From a virus, in the IMG/VR virus record IMGVR_UViG_3300042691_041718, positions 96,001 through 160,000 of that record: a DNA stretch of 64,000 nucleotides; one strand, 5' to 3'. Positions within the stretch are counted from its first letter, which is position 1; every line of letters starts with the position of its first letter. Below, in pieces: positions 58,194-64,000 of the stretch. A program made the translations under genes and the position numbers. The notes under the pieces were generated by a model. The model saw only the letters and a list, made by a program, of their open reading frames with translations, was not told the origin of the DNA and did no database searches.

Positions 58194-59306
58194 TTAAGCT
58201 AATGTTAAGAATATTTTTCTACTTGAACGATCAACAGATAAAACTTTTACGTTTAAATCTTGACCAACATTGAATTTCTTATTCAATTTCTCCATTTCTG
58301 AAGTGTGAATTAATCCAACTGTCTCATCATCAAGATTAATTAAAGTACCAAATTGTTTAGTATCTTTAACAGAACCTTTTAATGTTTGACCATTTTTGAT
58401 AGTGTCCCAAAGAGTTTCTCTTAAAATCTGAGTTAAGATGATTTTATCTCTTGTAGGGTCTCCTTTAGCATCTTTAACGATCTCTTTGATATAAAAATCA
58501 ATTTCAAAACCAGGTTTAATATCGTTAAGTTTTTCTTGCCAGTCTGGGTGTACATTTGCTTTGTGAATCATACCAGTTAAACACTCGTTAAATTCAACAA
58601 ACACACCAAATGGAGCTGTTCCTGTAACGTTTCCTGTGTAAACAGTTTCGTTATTAAGTTCTTTAATAGCTGCTGGGATAAGTGATTGTAAGAATTTTCT
58701 TCTACTAACAATATAAGTACCTTCATGGTCTGAGTAAGACTCAATTGCTACTTCAAATGTTTCACCAACAATAGAATTTGGATCAAATAATTTGTTGATA
58801 CCAGCCAACGTATTTGGCATAAATCCAGGAAGAGTAACACCACCGTGGAATACATCAACATCATATCCCGCTGGATTAAGTGATTTAATATAGGCTGTTA
58901 CCGATTCTCCTTCCTCAAGAGATTTCAAGTTAGCGTGAGCTCTTGACTCGTATAAGTTCGCGATAGATCCTTTGATCATGAAGTTTTTATCACTAATATC
59001 ATAGATTAAGACATCAACTACATCACCAAATTCAGCATTTTTAAGGTATTTTTCTTCATTACCCTTGTTATCAATTCTGATGAAGTCTTTATAACCAGAA
59101 ACTTCAAATAAAAATTGTTCTGATGTTTTACCAACATAAACTGCTGATACCACAGAATTCTTTTTAGGTACATTAATTTCAATAGAATCGTAAAGTGCTG
59201 ATAATTTACTGTCTATTTTTCTGTTTTTGTTTTTTCTTGGTGAAAACGTATTGTCTTCGAAGAGATAATCTAACTCTTCATTACCGATTTTGTTTATCAT
59301 ATTCAT
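58194..59306 (-). CDS. rpsA: Ribosomal protein bS1-like protein with about four S1 domains
   Basis: G.V....FGVFVEF...TGMIH, KGSVKDTKQFG...VGLIHTSE...VGQ...VKVLSVD and PGFMP repeats. Confidence 0.85.
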   Translation of the reverse strand: MNMINKIGNEELDYLFEDNTFSPRKNKNRKIDSKLSALYDSIEINVPKKNSVVSAVYVGKTSEQFLFEVSGYKDFIRIDNKGNEEKYLKNAEFGDVVDVLIYDISDKNFMIKGSIANLYESRAHANLKSLEEGESVTAYIKSLNPAGYDVDVFHGGVTLPGFMPNTLAGINKLFDPNSIVGETFEVAIESYSDHEGTYIVSRRKFLQSLIPAAIKELNNETVYTGNVTGTAPFGVFVEFNECLTGMIHKANVHPDWQEKLNDIKPGFEIDFYIKEIVKDAKGDPTRDKIILTQILRETLWDTIKNGQTLKGSVKDTKQFGTLINLDDETVGLIHTSEMEKLNKKFNVGQDLNVKVLSVDRSSRKIFLTLA

Positions 59307-59365
59307 AAATTTAAAAGTTACTAACTAATGATTATATTGACTAACTTATATAAAAGTTTAAAAAA

Positions 59366-59752
59366 TTATTTTATTCTTTTAATATTATTTTTAATCATAT
59401 AATCTCTCAATCTCGCAGCATCTTCGTATCTCTCTTCATTTATAAGAGTTTCTAACTTTTCATTAAGTGCTGCTGCAATTTCTTCCGGATTCTTAGAATT
59501 ACCAATTCTTTTAATATCATCTGTTAATGAATTAAAATATTTGTTCATTTGATTTATATCCAAAAAAAGATTTTTTTGTTTAGGATCATTTGAATCTATA
59601 AGTTCTTTTAAAGAAGAGCTATTCATTACTTTTTTAATAAAATCCTCTGTTAAAGCAGAATTCTCTATTAAATATTTAGCTAAATGAAAAGGTCTATTTT
59701 TGAACATCTTTAATAAGATTACAAAATTTCTATATAAATCTTCATTTTCCAT
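59366..59752 (-). CDS. UVR-motif protein
   Basis: LNEKLETLINEERYEDAARLRD. Confidence 0.7.
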   Translation of the reverse strand: MENEDLYRNFVILLKMFKNRPFHLAKYLIENSALTEDFIKKVMNSSSLKELIDSNDPKQKNLFLDINQMNKYFNSLTDDIKRIGNSKNPEEIAAALNEKLETLINEERYEDAARLRDYMIKNNIKRIK

Positions 59753-59786
59753 ACTTAAATATTATATTTTGGGTACTTAGTAAGTT

Positions 59787-60476
59787 TTATATTTTAGTGA
59801 ATAATAAATTAAAATAGTAGTTAAAGTTATATAGTGTACTAGGTACTTCTTGATTAAAGAATAATTTTATTGATGTTCCGTCGAATTTAGTTTCAGTTTG
59901 AAGTTTCTTCATTTGAAATTCGGGTTTGAACGCTGATGAATTCCAATTATTTTTAAATCTAAGTAGATTTTGACTTCTCAAATCTTTATTCTCAACATAT
60001 AAGTCAACTCTATTGATCTTGTATCTATCAAGTACATTATTATTTATGTAATTTTTAAGAGATGAATTAACATCATTATTCAATGTCATATTATTTTTAA
60101 TGCCTTCAAAAGTTCTCCATCTCTTCATTTCTGCAAAAATATAATCTATTAAAATATTTCTTAAATCAATAGTTATGATCCAACGGGTTGCATTATCTCT
60201 AGTATATGTAGATTGAGTTTGATCTAGCTCCAATAAGTGATAATTTTTTTTTGAAGTTGATGAAGAGTAGATGTTTGAATCCAATATTTGTTCTGATGAT
60301 AAGTCAATCTGCTCACCATTTGAGTTTTGAAAATAGATAATATCTTGTACATCAATATAGATTGAGTCTTCTATTTCAAGCATTTTGGATCCAAAGAAAT
60401 TACTTTCTTCAACCATATTAAGACTACCATTTATATCTTTGTGTGTAAACTCAGGACTTATGTAACTTCTTCTCAT
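59787..60476 (-). CDS. Hypothetical protein
   Basis: ORF whose start overlaps the upstream stop. Confidence 0.6.
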   Translation of the reverse strand: MRRSYISPEFTHKDINGSLNMVEESNFFGSKMLEIEDSIYIDVQDIIYFQNSNGEQIDLSSEQILDSNIYSSSTSKKNYHLLELDQTQSTYTRDNATRWIITIDLRNILIDYIFAEMKRWRTFEGIKNNMTLNNDVNSSLKNYINNNVLDRYKINRVDLYVENKDLRSQNLLRFKNNWNSSAFKPEFQMKKLQTETKFDGTSIKLFFNQEVPSTLYNFNYYFNLLFTKI

Positions 60477-60952
60477 ATATAATCATTTCTATTTATATTA
60501 AAACTTCTAATTGGTCTACCAATATCAATAGTTTCGGTTGGGATAATACCAGTATTTATTTCAAAATTATCTCTCCAATCTATTAAAACTCTCTCATAAT
60601 TATTTCTATTTTTATTATAGAATTTTAGATTACTTAAATCATAAGTATATGATGGATTCGTAGATTCAAATGTTTCTAAATGATATTCATAATCCCAAGT
60701 AGATTTAAATATAAAAAAATCAGTTACTGAATATCCAAATTCATCTAACATTGGATAAATTGATTTAATATCCTTATCATCTTTTAATTTTAAAACACTC
60801 TGTATTCTATTTATTTTTCTAAATTTTCTTTCTTTTACAACACCAAATGCTGTTAGATCTGTATCAAAAGAATAATTACCATAAATAGGGTTATAGTAAG
60901 AGTTTTCTTTTTTTAAATAATTACTTTGACTGAAAAAAACAGGTGCTGACAT
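60473..60952 (-). CDS. Hypothetical protein
   Basis: Has its own AAATATATAG motif at 60957-60966. Confidence 0.6.
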   Translation of the reverse strand: MSAPVFFSQSNYLKKENSYYNPIYGNYSFDTDLTAFGVVKERKFRKINRIQSVLKLKDDKDIKSIYPMLDEFGYSVTDFFIFKSTWDYEYHLETFESTNPSYTYDLSNLKFYNKNRNNYERVLIDWRDNFEINTGIIPTETIDIGRPIRSFNINRNDYI

Positions 60953-60968
60953 AATCTATATATTTATT

Positions 60969-63900
60969 TTAAAAGAACTCATAATAAAAAGTACTATCAA
61001 CTGTTGTTGTTTCAGTATTTGAGTTTATTGTATATATTGACTTAGAAGAAGTTATACCATAAAAATCTTTGGTATAAATCTCAAAGTAAATCTTAGTATC
61101 ATTACTATTTTGAGCAAATGTTTTATCAGCTGTATAAGTAACAGTACTAGTAAATGATGATAATGCTGAGCTATAAGTACCAGATTTGTAACCAAAAGCA
61201 TACTCGTATGGTGGATGACCAGAAGTTGCTGATAAAACAAAAGTAATATTTGAATCGGAATAACTATTTGAAATATCAAATAACAAAGTAGGAACCGTTT
61301 GTTTTGCTGAAATCTTCAAATTCCCAAATGATGACTTATATTTAACTGATAAAACATCATAATTCTGATTAGTAGTATTATCAATATAACTATCATCTTT
61401 TTTTAGAACTTCAAATATAAATCCAGCTCCTGAAAAAAGACTTTGGTTATACAAAATATTCATAATATCATTATAATATGAATTAGCTTTAATATTATAG
61501 TTTTGTTCAACAATAGTTCCGTCTTTTTCAAATGTAAATGTAAACTCATCATCTATTTCAGTATAGAATATGAATTGTATCTCATTATAATTTGTACTAT
61601 TATCCTTCTTAAACAACTCAATATCATAAAATAGTGGCATATAATTACCACTAAATCTATAAACATAACTATTAACTTGATTTCTAATACCGTGCATAAA
61701 AGATAATACCGGTGTCTCACTCAAATTCTCTACTATTGTCGTTGCAACTGGTGTTTGATTATAGTAATTTAAATTATATAAATTATCTATAAATCCATTA
61801 TTTAAATTCTTTTTTGATTTTAACTTTTCGACATTTATAGGATATTTTAATAAAGAATTCATTTTAAAATAAGTTGATCTTGGTTTATCAGCAAATATAA
61901 TTAATGGTAACTGTTCAATATTATTATAGTCATATTCCTTAATATTTAAATTCTCATCAATAACAATATATTTAACATAGTCGGTAAAATCATATTTATT
62001 TGTTAAATTATTTATAGAATCTATAAAGTTTTTAGCAGATAATTTAGAATAGATAGATTTATAAAGATCATCTCTATCAGTATTTTCTAAATTTGATAGT
62101 GTATTATCATTTACAACAATATTTACTAAAACATTTTTCCATTTTTTATTAACATAAATTCTGATACCATTTTCTAATGTACTTTTATTTGGATTTGACT
62201 TAATTTTATATATTTCATCATTCATTATTATATAAGGATTTGATGAGGTTCCATAAACAAAATTAGTATCAGGTTCCATACTATAAACTCTTTTCCAATA
62301 TAGAGATATACCAGGCTCTTCATTATTTTTAATAAATTGATTTTCTGGATTTGAAAAAGTACCAACAAAAACAATATCATCATGAACAACATATGAGTTA
62401 TAATCATATACTGTTCCTGGATTCCAAACTGATATTTTTAACCATTTAGGATTTATAGATGTTGGAAGAGATTCAATTTTCTTCCAATTTGTTGTCCAGG
62501 TCATACCACTTTTAGAGACCGGACTTATAAAATCTTCATTTATCTCATATTCAAAATATTGATTTGAATAGACTCTTATTTCTTGATTAAAATCAGGTTT
62601 TTGAAAGTTATAGTCAATTAATGATTCATAATAATCACCCTTATAAATAACAATAGAACCTTTGTTGTATCCATTTAAAGTACCATATTGTGTTTTTTGT
62701 TCATCACCAACAAAATCATTAGCATGACTACCAGTTCCACCAAATAGTAAACTCTTATAAGGATTCCAAAAGTCAACACTTGAGAATGTATTTGAATTTA
62801 TTATATACCACTCACCACTATTATAAATAATTGTATTGTCAGTATATTTAGAAACTCCATTAACATCGGGACTTAATCCAGATAATAAAGATCTATAAGG
62901 ATTCCAAAATGGGGAATTTTCATTTGAATAATATGACCAATATTGATCTCTTTTTGAATCGGTTAAAATATTAGTTACTTTAACACCATTTGTATTTATT
63001 AAAGTTGAGTAAGGACTAGATTTAATATTTACACTACCAGAAGTTTGTAATGTAGAATATCTATATGTATAAGATGGTTCATTTATTTGATTATAACCCA
63101 AAGATTGATATAATATATCATCATAAATGACTATCGATCCGGTAGCATAAGCTTTTTCCATTTCCCAATTCTCTATAATATCCCACTCCATGTTATTACT
63201 ATCCGAAGTTAGTAAAATACTAAATTTATAGTCTTCATAATTATTTGTATTTCTAGTATTTATAACATCAATATTACCGTCATTATTCTTTTTGATATCC
63301 TGAACATCATATAAACTAAATTTAATACCCTTGAATAAAGTTGAGTTTGGATAATCTTCACTACCTCTATTAAATAAAGAATACTTAACAACATTTTTCT
63401 TTAACGTATTATTTAAGAATGATGTTTTTCTTTCAAAAAACCACTTAAAGTAATCAAAATTGTATAGATTTACAGAATTTGTACCAGTTACATACGTATC
63501 TTTTCCTAAATATTTATCAAAATCAAAAAAGAAATTTAAATCAATACCATTATTATTATTGTTCTCAACATGTAATGTATGATGTAGATAAGAAAAGGTA
63601 GATGAATTTATTGTATAAAAATAATCTAATGTTCTTTCACTTCTAATTAAGTCAGCATCATAAGTATTTGCAGTTCTATTAAATCTTTCAAATAATTTAG
63701 AATTATTTAATAGATATGGATAGTCATTAGCTGATAATGAGTTATTGTAAACCCATCTACAATATACAGAGTTTTTTCGCCAAAGAGGTGTTAAGTCATT
63801 GTCTTGTATTTTAAATGTCTCATGATTAGCCGTATATTCAGATGAGATTGGTATATTCTCAGTTTCATTTTTATACACAAAGTCTTCTGGAGAAGCCGGA

Positions 63901-64000
63901 CTCTCGTTTAGATTGATAAAATACATTTTTGTTTCATCAGTGTTTGTGATCTCATCTCTCTTCTCATACTCAAATTTAGAATATTCAGTATCAACAATCC
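60969..64000 (-). CDS. 3' part of a giant putative virion protein, truncated by the window end
   Basis: The frame stays open from 63926 to the window edge (IVDTEYSKFEYEKRDEITNTDETK-M). Contains CBM5/12-like W....Y..GS.V.Y...Y repeats. Confidence 0.7.
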   Translation of the reverse strand, partial: IVDTEYSKFEYEKRDEITNTDETKMYFINLNESPASPEDFVYKNETENIPISSEYTANHETFKIQDNDLTPLWRKNSVYCRWVYNNSLSANDYPYLLNNSKLFERFNRTANTYDADLIRSERTLDYFYTINSSTFSYLHHTLHVENNNNNGIDLNFFFDFDKYLGKDTYVTGTNSVNLYNFDYFKWFFERKTSFLNNTLKKNVVKYSLFNRGSEDYPNSTLFKGIKFSLYDVQDIKKNNDGNIDVINTRNTNNYEDYKFSILLTSDSNNMEWDIIENWEMEKAYATGSIVIYDDILYQSLGYNQINEPSYTYRYSTLQTSGSVNIKSSPYSTLINTNGVKVTNILTDSKRDQYWSYYSNENSPFWNPYRSLLSGLSPDVNGVSKYTDNTIIYNSGEWYIINSNTFSSVDFWNPYKSLLFGGTGSHANDFVGDEQKTQYGTLNGYNKGSIVIYKGDYYESLIDYNFQKPDFNQEIRVYSNQYFEYEINEDFISPVSKSGMTWTTNWKKIESLPTSINPKWLKISVWNPGTVYDYNSYVVHDDIVFVGTFSNPENQFIKNNEEPGISLYWKRVYSMEPDTNFVYGTSSNPYIIMNDEIYKIKSNPNKSTLENGIRIYVNKKWKNVLVNIVVNDNTLSNLENTDRDDLYKSIYSKLSAKNFIDSINNLTNKYDFTDYVKYIVIDENLNIKEYDYNNIEQLPLIIFADKPRSTYFKMNSLLKYPINVEKLKSKKNLNNGFIDNLYNLNYYNQTPVATTIVENLSETPVLSFMHGIRNQVNSYVYRFSGNYMPLFYDIELFKKDNSTNYNEIQFIFYTEIDDEFTFTFEKDGTIVEQNYNIKANSYYNDIMNILYNQSLFSGAGFIFEVLKKDDSYIDNTTNQNYDVLSVKYKSSFGNLKISAKQTVPTLLFDISNSYSDSNITFVLSATSGHPPYEYAFGYKSGTYSSALSSFTSTVTYTADKTFAQNSNDTKIYFEIYTKDFYGITSSKSIYTINSNTETTTVDSTFYYEFF

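Noticed and set aside
1-64000. Stop-codon reassignment as seen in some jumbo phages
   Set aside because: Known genes are full length under code 11, and TAG and TGA end plausible genes (27941, 7534, 49101).

Overview
This is a very AT-rich, gene-dense segment of a jumbo or mega tailed phage with T4-like character. The host is probably a Bacteroidota or Flavobacteriales member, judged from a Bacteroidota-type bS21, a DUF2452-like gene, a Bacteroidota-type CobB and A-rich leaders without Shine-Dalgarno sites. The standard genetic code gives intact ORFs. I found no tRNA, rRNA, CRISPR array, reverse transcriptase or integrase. Contents: (i) giant putative virion proteins (0.7-19 kb and 60-64 kb), two of which carry proprotein-convertase P-domains; (ii) translation and proteostasis genes (bS21, 4-domain bS1, two J-domain proteins, Sir2/CobB, M16 peptidase, two UVR-motif proteins); (iii) a Rad50/SbcC (gp46-like) gene fractured into two ORFs by an atypically split Ser1/Ser+1 intein, with an out-of-frame free-standing endonuclease between the halves; (iv) a 13-kb array of six modular lectin-like proteins that share only an N-terminal MTQxxVGWR tag, separated by repeated promoter-plus-hairpin junctions; (v) a long hendecad/heptad coiled-coil protein; (vi) primase, CoaE, a Dam-like methylase, a cytochrome c and several homing endonucleases. 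Recurrent short tags are also visible: a capsid-targeting-like N-terminus on four proteins and an R-x-x-K-I-x-x-I/L helix on about ten unrelated small proteins. All family assignments are by-eye motif recognition. No database search was run.
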